Source: the human T2T-CHM13v2.0 reference genome, Homo sapiens. Taken from it: a stretch of DNA of 64,000 nt. Shown one piece after another: positions 45,443 to 63,400 of the stretch; positions within the stretch are counted from its first letter, which is position 1, and every line of letters begins with the position of its first letter. Location: NCBI RefSeq assembly GCF_009914755.1, contig NC_060927.1. The stretch is one strand, 5' to 3'. Position numbers and translations under genes: made by a program. The notes beneath the pieces were generated by a model. That model ran no database searches, was not told where the DNA came from, and worked only from the letters and a program-made list of their open reading frames with translations.

Positions 45443-47612
45443 AGAGACTGAGTATGAGAGGAATAAAAAGCATCAGCCTTTTGAAGCCAAAACTGCATTT
45501 ATATCAATGCCCATGTTAAATATACTCAGTTTGAAAGAGTAACCTTTTGAATATTTAGCTAGTTAATGAGTTAGGAGATTTCTGATTTCAGGCAGTGACT
45601 TTCTACTTTTTAAGTGCTTAAATAAAACAATCTTTGTTTTAAGAGTGATTTTTACTGTAAATCAATTTCTGAGTTTGGTGTAGGTTCCAAACTGTGAAAC
45701 TAAGGCAATAAGATGATGTCCTCATTGCTCAACTGATTAAAAATAATGTTTAATATTTATTTAGTATATTAAAGCTGTGGCTATCCAATGTAAGAAAGTG
45801 ATCAAGTCATCTTGCCCAAGGAGCCTATTATTGAAATGTGTCTGGTCTTACTCTCAGAATATCCTGAGTGATTAAAGTTTAAATAAGCTATGAATTGGAG
45901 TGTTTTGAGAGTGAAGAGTCTTCAGTGGCAGGGAGTGTTTTGGAAGGATTACCCTCTTTAAATTTATGTGGAAGGTATTGGGCACCTTCCTTATCATGTA
46001 TGCCACCAGATGAGACATCTGCAAGATGTTTACCAGATAATCTATACCAGATAACAGGTATATGTTATCAGATACATTACAGGAAAAATCATGAAGAGTG
46101 TGAGAGAAGAGATTTTAAGGGAGACGAACTGCATAAATATATACTTATTCTATAGATCCAAAAATAAAATAGATTAAAACTAAATAAATAAAATAATATG
46201 CATAACATCATCTTCCCAACCTAAGGGTAAAGATAGTGTCATAAAAATACTTGGGTCCATTCTTCTAGATTCAACTATAAATTAAACTTGTCTATCAGAT
46301 ATACTACCAAAAACATTTTTATTGAAACATTATGTGATTTGCAGATGAACCGTATTCCCCAGCTCTTCTGCTGGTAACAGATTTTCCAAGATGTGTTCAA
46401 TAATCTGAATTCCAATGAAGAATACTTATAGCAATCTGCAACATAGAGGAAACGTCTACTATGAACTCTTATTTTAGTTGCCTATTAGGAGAGGATCATT
46501 ATTAGTCTTCCACTCTTCAGAATTTTGTGAAGAACAGGTTCTTCTATTACTCCAGAATATCATGAAGAACAGGTGCTTCTGTAATACTTCTAACACAATA
46601 TTACCCTAGTCTCCTCTACCCAAACTTAGAAGAATGAACAGAGGCCTGGACATAAGTATATGTCATAAAATGCATTTTTTTAAGATAATCAGGATTTCAA
46701 GTAAGCTACATTTTAAAATAACTGCCATTTTTGTCAGAGTGAATTGGAAAATCAACATGCAACAAGAGTGAAGATGCGAAATTTAGGAACAAAGCATTAA
46801 GACCTGTGCCAGAATTGTAGTTTCTTAAAAAAAAAAGTGAATTAGCTGTCACATCCCAGAAAAAATGTTCATAAAGTAAACTAAATCTCCAGGCAGTGAG
46901 CAAGTCTTGAGGGGAGTCCCTCTCCCATTCTGCTCCATGTATCAAGAGAACCATTGGTCCAGATCCACATTCAACAGGGACCTCATCTGCCCTCCTTTCA
47001 CTCCACTAGGTTCCATCATTGCTACGGGGACTACAAAAAGGCATTGTAAGGTAAGGTCATTTATTAGCTATTCCCATTTCTAGTTCTTTTTATTTTATCA
47101 CAGATACATATAATTTTGAACATTGTGCTGTGGGTTTTTAATGTTATTTACAGAATAAAGATTTTCATTGCTAACTTGAAAGAGTAACCATTATCACAAT
47201 TGCAGCCCATAATCATGATAGACAGTTTCCTACTGTAATTTCTCTGCCCCAATCTCTTGGCTTCATACTAAACTCAGGTACCATTTATTACGCACCTGCT
47301 ATACGACAAGTGTGAGGATAAGGTCATGAGAATGTAGGCTTATGAAGCTTATATTCTTTATGGGGAGATGGAGAAGATAAGTGAATAGGTAAATAAAGAT
47401 TTTGTGATAGGAATTCTGAAGGTAACAAAACTGGGTGATGCTATTCAGCACAGAAAGTAAGTGAGTTGGGAGGGGAGGAAGACACTCCTTAGACTAAAAC
47501 ATCAGAAAAGCCTCCCTGGAATGAAAAAGTGACCTGATTTCGAAGTGATGAGGAGGAGGTGGTTATGGGCTAATCTAGAGAAGATGGGGGCAAGCGGAAA
47601 GAAAATCATGAG

Positions 47613-51851
<4,239 letters not shown>

Positions 51852-54324
51852 ATGAGAAAACCCTGGGGCAGCTCCATGCTTAGTATGACCTAAGGATAGA
51901 CAAGCAGCAAGTGAGTGCAGAGAGCACCAGAAAGCTTGGCATGAGATTTAAAGGAGAGAGAGAAAGGTCACAGAGAAATTATATAGGGCTTTTAGGCCTG
52001 AAATTCAATATGTTATGAAGCTATTGATGGATTCTATGCTCACGTATGGTGTTATCTAACTCATCACTCTGACTGAATGTGCAGAACAGATTATAAAGAG
52101 AGCCCAGTATGGAAGGTAAGGATAATTAAGAGGCTCTGGAGAGGTCTAGGTGCCTAGGTGACCCATGTTGGAGGTTTGCACTGAGGACAACAATGGAAAT
52201 GGATGGGGTGCATCCAAGTTATTGGTTAGAGAACATCCTTTTTTAAGGCTTTCATAGATCCCAAAGCCCTTGCCTCTTTTTATACAAGTGTTGATGGTGA
52301 TAAAGAAGGGAAGCGATTATTAAACAGCAAGGAAATACACAGTATGTTTTATTTTTCTCAAAAAAAGTTTGTGTTAAGCAATTTGTAAATTTATATCTTT
52401 TCTTTCTTGTAATGCTGTGAGATATTAAGGAATATTAATTTTAGAGATCAATTTTTTCATTTAAAAAAGTCTGATAATTATAGATTTTTGATCTAATTTT
52501 TACATTGTGAAACATAATTTCTCCAAATAACAACAATACAAAAGAAAAATTAAGCAAATTCACACACACACAAACACAGAGAGAGAGAAAGAGAGAGAGT
52601 TGTGGACTGCATTTTTATTCCTATGTCATGAAAGAGCCATTATATAACTTTTAATTTATGTTTATGTGGGCTTGAAAATTTAAACATTAATTCCTTAGAT
52701 GAAAAAAATATAAAAATTATTATTTTGGAGATACTGGTGTTTGTGAACATTTGGCCTTTCCATTTTTTTCATAAATTCAAAGAAAATATTTTAGCAAGAA
52801 AATTAAATTAAAACATAACCATTTATAAATATTCTACAAAGATTTCAAGGTGCAACATGTTCCAAAAATAAACTGTAAACAACCTTGTCATTACAAAGCT
52901 GACTTCTAAATCCAAACTGTTGTTCTCTATCTTCTTCCAACTGAATAAATGAAAAACATATTTAGCAGTGTCTGTAGCTATCATATTCTCATGCTCTCAA
53001 GAAACGAAGTATGAAATACATGAAAACACACAAAAGCAATGGAGTAATGAAAACTTGGTGGAAAAAGGAATTAGCTATTCTGGAAAAGCTAGAATAAGAA
53101 GATAGGAGGCTCTTGTATTCAGTTTATGAAAAGGTATAAGATGAACAAAGTGCCCCTGGGTGCACTGGATTAAAATCGTGAAAACAAACCATTTACATGT
53201 AAAAGGCAAAAATAAGTGTGTATCCTAGAATAAACTGAAATCCAACCATAAATAAAAATTTTTCTGTCCACTTTTTGTGTCATATACTCATTTTATTACA
53301 CACTATCTTTTTTTACACTGTTTATACATACTAACTTGGAAATAGGAGAAAAAGTATGGAAACATGATAGGCAAAATCCTAGAGAATTTAGAAAGTTTTC
53401 ATTTGAAGAGAGAAATAGCAACAAAAAATATTATAAGAATAAATGATCATCTTGCAAACTAATCTTAAAGGTAGCAGGCACTCATCAGTAGCTTTTGCCA
53501 CCATGAGAGCTAATATTATCTGTGATGGTAAAGCTTACTGGGATTTCTCTAAAGGAACACAGTTGGGACTCGTTCCTAGCAAAATGCAGTATGCTCTGTG
53601 AAAGGTAGGGGTCCCTCCAAAGGGGATTACATCCTGCCAAAAAGCTCATTTGTATGAGCTTTCCCCCCTCCCAGGCTCCCCAGCAATTCTCCCCTTTGCT
53701 TGGCACCATGCAGCAGCATCACGTGAATTTTTGGATTGGCTGATTGAGTTCATCGAACATACAGCCTTGGCAGTGGCAATTATCCTGGCAGTGTCAGAAG
53801 CCAGGAAACATATACCAGTAAATGGATCTCATTTTAATCACTGTACATAGGGTTTGCTTGATTTATCCCATATCATACCAAGCTCTAATGTGGCAGCCAA
53901 ACTCTTTACTCAGTTGCCATGCTCAACAAAATGGTTAACGTTGAACTTCTATTACCTTGCCAATGTATAGTTTTCTATGGTTATCTTTTCCTTTTTGATT
54001 GTTTTTCTGACATTTTTGTTTCCTTCCCAGTTAGGGTTCATTAATAAGGTTGAACAGGTTCAATTTTATTCAATTACTAGAAACTATGTAGGAATAAAGA
54101 TGTTTCTGTTTGAACCACAAACTACTTTTAACAAAATTTTAAAAGAGAAACTAAAAATTATTATTCCAAAAAAGATTAGTAGAGTTTCTTGCTCTATTAA
54201 CTTTTCATGTAATCCAATTTCTTTTGAAAATTGTGGCTGGAAGTTTTTATTAAGCCCCTTGGTGTCTCAGTAAGTGCCTGAACAGAGATTGAAAAAAGAA
54301 AGGTCACACTGACACTTAACATAC

Positions 54325-54666
54325 TGTCATGGTCTTTTCGATGTGTCCACTTGGCTAGGCTACAGTCCACAGTTGTTTAATAAAACATTAATCTATGTGT
54401 TGCTGTGAAGGAGTTTTGTAGGTGTGATTAAAGACTATAGTCAGTTAACTTTCAGATAATCTTAGATGATACGGGGAACTTGATTCAATTAATTGAAAGG
54501 TCAAAATCACCACCAAGGCTTCTCTCAGGAAGAAGAAATTCCACATGTGAACAGCAGCTTCACTTGATGTGCAAGAGCTCCACCCTCTCCTAACTGATGG
54601 CCTGTCTTGTGGGTTTCAGACTTGCCTATTGAGCCCCCAAAATTACATAAGCCAATTCCTTATAAA

Positions 54667-54700
<34 letters not shown>

Positions 54701-54824
54701 CACACACACACATATATACACACACATATATACACACACATATATATATACACACATATATATACATAGAGAGAGAGAGAGAGAGTACACATTCTACTTC
54801 TCAGGTTGAGCCTTGGTTGACACA
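54325..54824 (+). mobile_element. MLT2 (MLT2D-like) ERVL LTR with CT/TA/CA/GA microsatellite
   Basis: tgtcatggt...atgtgtccacttggctaggctacagtc...gttgctgtgaagg..ttttgtaggtgtgattaa...gccaattccttataaat. Confidence 0.85.
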
Positions 54825-56342
54825 TATTTGGGTAACTAGAAGTGAATTACTACTGTAATAAATACCTAAAAATGCAAAGCAGCTTTGAAATTGGGCAATG
54901 AGAACATTCGAGCAACATAACTTTCAAACACTACCTAGATTGTCTTAAACATACTATTAGTAGAAATACAGATATCAATAACTCTGTGGATTAATTACTC
55001 AGAAGAAAATGAGGAGCATGGAAGAGAAAAGCTAAATCACCTTAGAGAATATTCAAATTTTCATGAACAGACTTGTAGTAAATATATGTATATTCTAGAT
55101 ACTCCTGGTGAAGGATCAAGAGAAAATGAGGGATATCTTATTAAAAACTAGAGAAAAGGAGATTCTCATTACATAGTAACAGAAATCTTAGCAGAATTGT
55201 GTCCTGAAGTAATGTGGAAAGCAGACCTTAAAAATGATGAAATTAGACATTCAGCTGAGGAAATTTCCAGGCAAAGTGTTGAAATTGTGATCTAGTTTGT
55301 TCTTCCTGCTTATCACAAAAGGAAAGAATAAAGAGCTAAATTGAGAAAAGATGTGCTAAACACAAAGAAACTAGGCCTTGATGATTTAAAAATTCTCAAT
55401 CTACCAAAATTTCAAAAGACCCTATAATTAAGAGATTTGCCATTGAAAATGGAAGTTGCAGAGGAAAAAAGAATCAAGAATATGGCCAGGCAACCTTTAG
55501 ATAATACCTCAGGAAGACTAAAAAGCTAAGTATTTAGTCACACAAAGCCTTCTTGAAAAGAATGTGTGTGATTCATTGATTCCCTCAGTCAACTAGGCAG
55601 AAGCCAAAAATAGAGATGGGATCTTTCAGAAAACATCTCTGGAAAAGATTGTTGTCTACTGGAGTGAATCCTCATGACATAAACAGAAAACCACCAAAAT
55701 TCTTGAGAATTTTTATACCAGGAGGAATACTGCCAGCTTGAATTGAAAGAAAGAGAAAGAGGATAAAATGAAAGAAGTCTTTCTGACCCCCAAAATTCTG
55801 CAGGCAGGAAATAGGTGATAAAACCACCCAGCAGCAAACCCAGGATATAAATGATGACTCACAGGGTAGATCTTCAAGGGAAGAGAATGAAGCCTCAAAC
55901 TCGGACTGCAGAGGCTGGAAATGCAAATCACAATCATTTCCAGAATTCGAAATCTAATGTAGTTTGCCTGGCTAGATTTAAAAGTTGTTTGGGATTGATG
56001 ACTCATTTTTTTCTTATATTTTCTCCTTCTTTGAGAAGGAATGTCTGTAACTACTCTCCTATGCCAGTCTCACTATTGTATTTTGAGAGTAAATATCTTG
56101 TTGTCTAGTTTCATGGATCTACAAATGGAGAGGAATTTTGTGTCAGAATCCAATGCACTCATACCTAATTTAAATTATTTTAGTGATAATGAAATTTGGG
56201 ACTTCTGTGCTGATGAGATTTAGATGAGATTTTGGACTTTGAGTTGATGATATAATGGGTTTTGATTTCATGGACCTTTGAACAGAGTGAATGTATTTTG
56301 CAAGGGAGATTAGGTTAAATTTTGAGGGTACAAAAGAGAAAC
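54825..56342 (+). mobile_element. MaLR (MLT1-type) internal sequence
   Basis: aaatacctaaaaatgcaaagcagctttgaaattgggc; agaattgtgtcct...tggaaagcagac; tcagctgaggaaatttcc; tttggactttgagttgatg; gtgaatgtattttgca. Confidence 0.7.
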
Positions 56343-56812
56343 TGTGATAGGCAAAATAATGACTTCCCAAATGTATCCTAATCACTGGAAGCTGTGATTA
56401 TGTTATTTTATATGGCAAAAGGAATTTCACAGTTGTGATTAAGTTAAGGACCTCAGGATACATGTATTATCTTGGATTATCTGGGTAGGCCCAATATTTA
56501 CAAGGGTCCATAAATGAGGAAAGATAGGGAAAAGAGTCAGAGGGAGATATATCCATGGAAGAGGTCAGAGTGATACCATGTGAGAGATGTGAAAAGGATT
56601 TAATTCAGCTTTTCTAGCTTTAAAGATAGAAGGAGTCTACAAGTTTAAAAAATGTTGGCAAGCTAGAAGCTAGAAAAGGCAAAGAAACAGATCCTACACA
56701 GAGACTACAAAAATAATTTAATCCTGTTCTAAAAAGTTTATTTTTACCCTGGTGAGACTAACATCAGACTTTTGACCTACAGAACTGTAAGATAATAAAG
56801 TTGTGTTGCTTA
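56343..56812 (+). mobile_element. MLT1D-like LTR (extreme 3' end missing)
   Basis: tgtgataggcaaaataatg...atggcaaaaggaatttcacag..gtgattaagttaagga...gacctacagaactgtaagataataaa. Confidence 0.85.
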
Positions 56813-57725
56813 TGTGTGGCAAGAGGCTATACTGATTCATTACCCATGGCTAATGGTTTGGCTGGATAGTCAAGTATTTAAAAAGAAACACAACTGCAAA
56901 TTTGGTTACAACAAGGTCTTGGAGAGAGAGATATATGAATAGAACTCTCTTAGTGGACACAGAATATAAAGATATTTATGTTTCCTATGAATGCTCACCA
57001 AAGGGTGATTTCACCAGACAATGCTTTTAATACATAGTTTATAAGATGGTCTGTTCTGTGGATGCCAATGAGCCTCTTTCCCCACTCATTTCTCTGATTT
57101 CACATAGGGTTCACAAACAAAGTGGCCATGGTTTCAAGGATGGAAATTATGCATGGGCTTAGCAATATAGACTTGCACTTACAAAAGATTACATGGCTAA
57201 TGTCATGTGTAAGTGCCCAATCAGCCATCATCAGAGACGAACACTGAGTCTCTCATATGACACCATCCACTAGTATGATCAGCCAGCTGATAGGTTGATT
57301 ATATTGGACCATTTCCATTCTGGGAGAAGCAGCATTTTGTTCTTACTAGAATAGACACTTATTCTGGATATGGATTTGCCTTCTCTGCCACAATGCTTCC
57401 ACCAAAACTACCATCTATAGACTTATAGAATTCCTTATCTGCTATTACGTTATTTTACATACCATTACTTGTGATCAAAGAACTCACTTCAGAGCAAATA
57501 GGGTACAACAACGGGCCCAGGCTCATGGAATTCACTAGTCTTACCGTCTTCTCTTATTTTGAAGCAGCTGGCTTGACAAAGTAGTGAAATGGCTTTCTGA
57601 AGGCACAGTTACAGTGTCAACTATGTGGCAACGTGACAATTAGTTGGAGCTAGGACAAGTTCCAGGCTTCTGTATGTGCTTTCAATTAGCTTCCAATACA
57701 TGATTCTCTTTCTTCCATAGCCAAG

Positions 57726-58090
57726 CATCTTAGTCTGTTTTGTGTTGCTATAACAAAAAACCACCACTGAATAATTTTATAATGAGCAGAAATGTATTGA
57801 CTCATAGTTCTGGAGACTAGGAAATCTAAGATTGAGAGGCCATCATCTAATGAGGGCTTTTTGCTGCATCATTCCATGGTAAAAGAGAAAAGAGAGGGTG
57901 AAAGAGAGAGTAAAAGGGGGTCAAAATTCCCCTTTTATAATAAACCCATTCCTATGCTAACTGTATTAATTTATTCATTCTGCGCACGTGGTCTAATCAC
58001 CTCTCATTAGACCCTACCTCCCAACACTGTTATATTGGGAATGAAGTTTTTCAACACATGCTTTTTAGGAGACACATTTAAACTATAGTT
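57726..58090 (-). mobile_element. MST/MLT1A-type LTR nested in ERVL pol
   Basis: tcttagtctgttttgtgttgctataac...ctaatcacctc...cctcccaacactgtt...aaactatag; TSD ccaag at 57721 and 58424. Confidence 0.85.
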
Positions 58091-58092
58091 CC

Positions 58093-58411
58093 GCCGGGCG
58101 CGGTGGCTCATGCCTGCAATCCCAGCACTTTGGGAGGCTGAGGCAGGCGGAATCACCAGGTCAGGAGATCGAGACCATCCTGGCTAACACGGTGGAACCC
58201 CGTCTCTACTAAAAATACAAAAAATAGCTGGGCGTGGTGGGGGGTGCCTGTAATCCCAGCTACTCAGGAGGCTGAGGCAGAATAGCGTGAACCCGGGAGG
58301 CGGAGCTTGCAGTGAGCCGAGATCGCCCCACCCACTGCATTCCAGCCTGGGCGACAGAGTGAGACTCCATCTCAAAAAAAATAAATACATAAATAAATAA
58401 AATTAAAAAAA
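58093..58411 (+). mobile_element. AluY-like
   Basis: gagatcgagaccatcctggctaacacgg and gcggagcttgcagtgag diagnostics, CpG-rich; TSD taaactatagttcc. Confidence 0.95.
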
Positions 58412-59351
58412 TAAACTATAGTTCCAAGATTCACAGGTACAGGAATCAAACAAAATAAATGGAAGTGGCACTACTCACTATTACCCATAGTGATCCACTG
58501 GCAAATATTTTGGCTTCCTATCCCTACAACTTTATGCTCTGCTGGTCTAGAAGTGTTAGTTCCAAAGGGAGAAATGCTTTTGCCAGGAGATAAAATAATG
58601 ATTTTGTTGATATTGTCAGAGGGCCACTTTGGGGTCTTCATGTTTCTAAATCAATATGCAAAAAAGTGGGACACTCTGCTGGCTGGTGTACAGAGGAAAT
58701 TGGGTTGCTGCTACACAATGAAGTTAATGGAAATGTATGTCTGAAATACAGGAGATACCTGAGGGCTTCTCTTATTCCAACCATGTCCTGTAATTAAATT
58801 CAATAGAAAACAACAACCCAATATAGACAGGACTGCTAATGGCCCAGACCCTTTAGGAACAAAGATTTGGGTCCCCAGTGAGCAAAGAATTACGATCTGA
58901 TGAGTTCTTATTGATGGCAATGGGAATATGGAATAGGAAGAAGATAATTGTAATTACCTGGTGTGACAACACAACTAGCTGGAAAAACAAAGATTATATT
59001 ATGAGCACATCTTCCTTATTTTGTTACAAATGTTTGTGTATACATTATTCAAATACTTTTTTTTGCTTTTATCACTCTCTTGTTCCTTCATTATCTATAA
59101 AAAGTGTATCAAAAAGCTAACTTTCAACTTTCCCTTCACAATACTGAAATATATAAAAGAAAAAAGAGTGAATATTCCTAAAGGACTTTACATCCTCTTT
59201 TAAGGCAAGGGTTAGTTTGTTCTGGGTTGTACCCAAGAAAGTTTCATCATGTTGGGCAAAAATATGATTTTGTTGTTGTCTCTATTTAAAGATTAAATAA
59301 GGTTTAAGATATGCCTTAAGTAGATAAGTGCCAAGTTGACAAGGAGTGGAC

Positions 59352-59468
59352 TGTGATGGCCTTTTTGTTTGGTCTGCTTGGCTAGCCTATAGCCACTAGT
59401 TATTCAGTCAATACAGGTATTGCTGTGAAGGTATTTTGTGTATGTGATTAAAGTCCACAATCAGTTGA
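59352..59468 (+). mobile_element. Truncated 3' MLT2 LTR of the ERVL element
   Basis: tgtgatgg...cttggctagcctatag...ttgctgtgaaggtattttgt..gtgattaaagtccacaatcagttga parallels 54325-54450. Confidence 0.8.
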
Positions 59469-60219
59469 AAGTGAACATTCTGCAAGAATTGAATAAAACT
59501 GGGTATTTTCTGTAAATTGAGAAATTATACTAGCTGTCTGGAATGTAATTTAAAAGAAGGTGAGCTGAAGTGCTTTAAGTGACTTCATGCAACCCTGATT
59601 TATTGCTTCATGGGTTGAATGTAATGTGGCTTTGAAACAGAGTAGCAGAGAATGCCTAACATAAGGTATAGGCTGCAATTATTAACATGAAGAACAAAGT
59701 GGTTGAGTTCAGAGAAGGGACTGACATCAATAAATCAGAAGGAGTTGTTTGGAATATAAGGACAGTAGATGCATGGAATTAAAAATATGATTTTGCTATG
59801 GAAATTTATTTTTACATACAGCATGAAAGATAAGTACTGAAGAATAAAGTAGTAACAATATGCAATAAAGACAGTGTACTTAATGGGCTAAAAATATTGT
59901 AAATTAGTGCCAGCAATGTGGAAGTTAGAAAAAGATGATACTAAGGTAAATAGTGTCTTTTAAATAACCAGTATCTGTGTGAATAACTGTGAACTATGGC
60001 CACCCAAAGAGAACCACTATCTTAGCATTCTATTGCTGCAAATGAAAAAACTAGTCTCATCTTGTCATCTTAAAAATTAGAAAACAGAGGCCCAGACAAA
60101 GTACCATTGTTAGTGGCATGAGCTATGTCAAGGTGGCAGAACTAATAGAATTTATGTTTGTTTGTTTTTTGTTGTTTGTTTCAGTTGCCAAGCTAATTCT
60201 CAACATTCTTACTTTGAGA

Positions 60220-60475
60220 GATAGCATGGTATACTGGTTAACCGCACAGGCTCTCAACCCACACACACTGGCTTCAAGTCTTGAATTTGTCATTTATAAA
60301 CTATGTAACCTTAGCCAATGATATATTGTTTCCTCATCTTCAAAATGGAAATGATGAAAACTGTGTTTATTTCAAAGGGTTATTGAACATAATAAATGAG
60401 TTTGTTCATTTAAAGTATTTAGAATAGTGCTAGGCACAATTGTAAATGCTGAGCAGATGCTAGCTATTATTGTAA
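60220..60475 (+). mobile_element. MIR
   Basis: atagcatggt..tggttaa...ctatgtaaccttagcc...tttcctcatcttcaaaatgg...ttagaatagtgctaggcaca. Confidence 0.75.
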
Positions 60476-63400
60476 GAACAATTCTATGAAATTATAATGG
60501 ATAGATTTTGAAGTTTTAGGTTGCAATAGACATGGAATACCTGATGATGAATTAAAATTCTAGTCTCAATATCTGCAAAGCTAAAGTGAAAATATGGATT
60601 AAAGAGTAGGATGAAGGAAAGACAATCATGGTCTTTCTTCATTTTGTTGAATTAAAGATTGTAGTAGGTCATCCATTTAGAAAGTCAAACACAAGTGATT
60701 TTTTTAAAAACATGAATAATGGGTTCAGACATTTAAACGCTATCAAATAAAAGAATTTGGCCAGTAGAATAGAAGCTTAAGTCACTTGTTGTGTCTTCAA
60801 TGATGGTGAATTGAGAAAAATACAAGTAACATCTTAGGAGTTATTTCTATGATGGGAATGGTTATAAGGAAATTTCTGAGGAGAAACCCCAGATAAGTAG
60901 TAAGAAAGAGAGAGTAGAAAACAACTTTGTTTCTTCATGGAGGGATGCTTAATAAGCCTGTGAACTGCTGATAAATGTAAATAATCATAGCAGGAGAGTC
61001 GTTTTGGATACACTATGTAGAACGAAGCAGGGACTGGGCGCCATAGCACCATATTCAACTACTCAAATGAAGAGTTGTTAGACTAAAGTAGACCAATAAA
61101 GGCAAATATAACTCAGATGAAACCTCTCAGTGGCATCACTGACTTTTTTAGAGCAACTAAAAGTTAAATGTATTTAAAATCCTAAGCTCTGTGACGAAAT
61201 ATTTTCTGGATACATTGCCATGAGAATGGCTTTTTGAATGGGTGGAGCGGTTGTCTAACCCTAACTTAACAAGACCCCATATGTTTTTGGTGTAGGAGTT
61301 ACATCAGTGACTCACAAAATATAGTTAAGGAATTAACCATTTATAGTGCTAGATACTAGGAATTTTTGTATTTGGCTACATAACATATTTCCTTTCCACA
61401 GGAGGTAGTTATGACAAATTAGAAGTCTGAAAATTTTCTGATGGTGTAAAGGCCCAGCTGTCACTGGGGAGTTAGTGATCAGATTTCATAGCTGCGTGGT
61501 CCCGTGGCGCCACGGAGAGCTCCATATGGTCACCCAAATGTTCCAGCTAAATCCACTGAAAATTTCCAATCTGAGTTTTACTTGTAAAGAATAAAACTCT
61601 TGCATGAATTTATCATTATGTGCCTACCAAGAAGAAAAGTCTTGTTAGCTGGTTACATTTTAAAAAATGGAAAAAATAATCTATCTAAGAACAACTTTGT
61701 ACAGCTGTTATGCTATCCTCATGATAAACAGACAAAGATGCACTCCTGGGAACTCCACAGAATTTAGTCTACAGCAATTGTAATATATCTAGGGTAGGGG
61801 GACTTTTTAATGGATGTATAGTAAATAATTAAAATCTGTGGAAACATCTTCTTATGATAAGAAACAATTTTATGAGCCACTGTTCTCTCATTCGCCCAGA
61901 AAATCACCTCGGCTAATTTGTTAATGTAATTACTATGTGCTGTGACACTTGTATTCATGTCAAAGATGTCAGCTTAAGCCTTATCTAATAACAAATGACA
62001 AATGCATAATTTATTGATTCTTAAATGGCTATTTCTTTTGATATATTCCCTATAAGCAATTTGCTTGGAAACACATCTGGCTCATAAAGGTAACAGCTGT
62101 TTAAAAGAAGGTCAGTTTTATGTCTTAAAGAAAGAATACACTAATCTTTTATTTGTTACATTTCTATACCAAATCAGGAAAGCTTTATGTTTTGTAATTC
62201 CATTTGGGCTTTGATGATGTTAACAATATAACAAAAATATTTCACTAAAGTTTCCAACTATTAAAAATATAGGCATTAACTCAAATATTCTTTTGTGAAA
62301 AGTTGTTTCATTTTTAACAAAAGGATCCGGTTTACCTAATTTTTATAACAACACCCAGTGGACCCTGCTAGGTTGAATATTTGTTTTTATTGAAATTTAA
62401 ATGCATGCATCTGTCATTTTGTTATTGAAAAAAACAAAAATATTATTAAGGGTGCTTCAAATATTTAATATTTCTCAATTTAAAAGGTTGAACCATTAAT
62501 TCTTAATCACATAAAGCTGACATAGCTATTTTCATTCTTTGTAGTGGTTTTCAGACTTTCTGGATAGTTTCATTCCTCTTCTAAACATAAGAAATTATCA
62601 CCTCTTATTAGTTATTTCATCCTTTATGTTTCTCTGGTGAAAACAAAGTATAACTTTTGAAATACACTTTAAAGATTTTTGAAATTTTTATTTTCTTTGT
62701 GTACAAAGAAATGCACATAGAGAACAGACATTTTTAAATCCCTATAATAAAGAGCCAGGCACCTTTAACTTTACATTTCACCTTGCAGCACACACAAAAT
62801 GTTTAATTATTTGAGGATTAATGGAGGTAGTTTATAATTAAGCTGAAGTATGAACTGATGTCATCATCTCAGTATGATGATATACATTTTTATGCCAAAG
62901 CACCTGTTGTTTTGGAAGGAAGCAGCTGATATCATTATCTGCGCAGCCAGATAGCCCTGTTTCCTGCTGCTTAAAAAATTATCCTAAGGGTTACCTAAGT
63001 TGGAGTAATTCAGCATTTACGTTTCCATACCCAGAAGAGGACAGAATGGAGAAAATGACTTCTCCAGCAAAGAAAGAGAAAATGAGAGACACACTGGGAA
63101 AGGAGAAGGGAGAGGAAAAGGAGAACATCAATGTAGGTGACCAAAGGATACTAGAATGGTCTTTGTAATTTTTCTAAGAGCATTTGTAAGTTGCAAAAGA
63201 AGAAAGTAATTGAAGCACCTAATTAATTTTATTAATGTAAATGAAATGTTGCATTGCTGGAGGAAGTGGAGTAAAAAATATACACTTTATACTTTAATGC
63301 ATCATGTAACAAACCACATTTCTAAATACTAAGAAAAATGTTTTCATTTACAACTTTAGTGTGTACAAAATCAATGCACCACTGACAAGATACCAGTGAC

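Larger units (their letters stand above)
56813..59351 (+). pseudogene. Old ERVL internal: RNase H, integrase and dUTPase-like remnants, PPT
   Basis: tatactgattca (YTDS), gttgattatattggacca (VDYIGP), tctggatatggatttgcc (SGYGFA), SAGLEVLVPK in ORF 58490; aaggagtggac immediately before the LTR. Confidence 0.8.

Noticed and set aside
46516-46587. ~35-bp two-copy tandem duplication
   Set aside because: An ordinary diverged local duplication with no spacer structure; not CRISPR-like
63020-63093. Resemblance of VSLIFSFFAGEVIFSIL to an SLC6 transmembrane helix
   Set aside because: A short low-complexity match with no flanking homology visible
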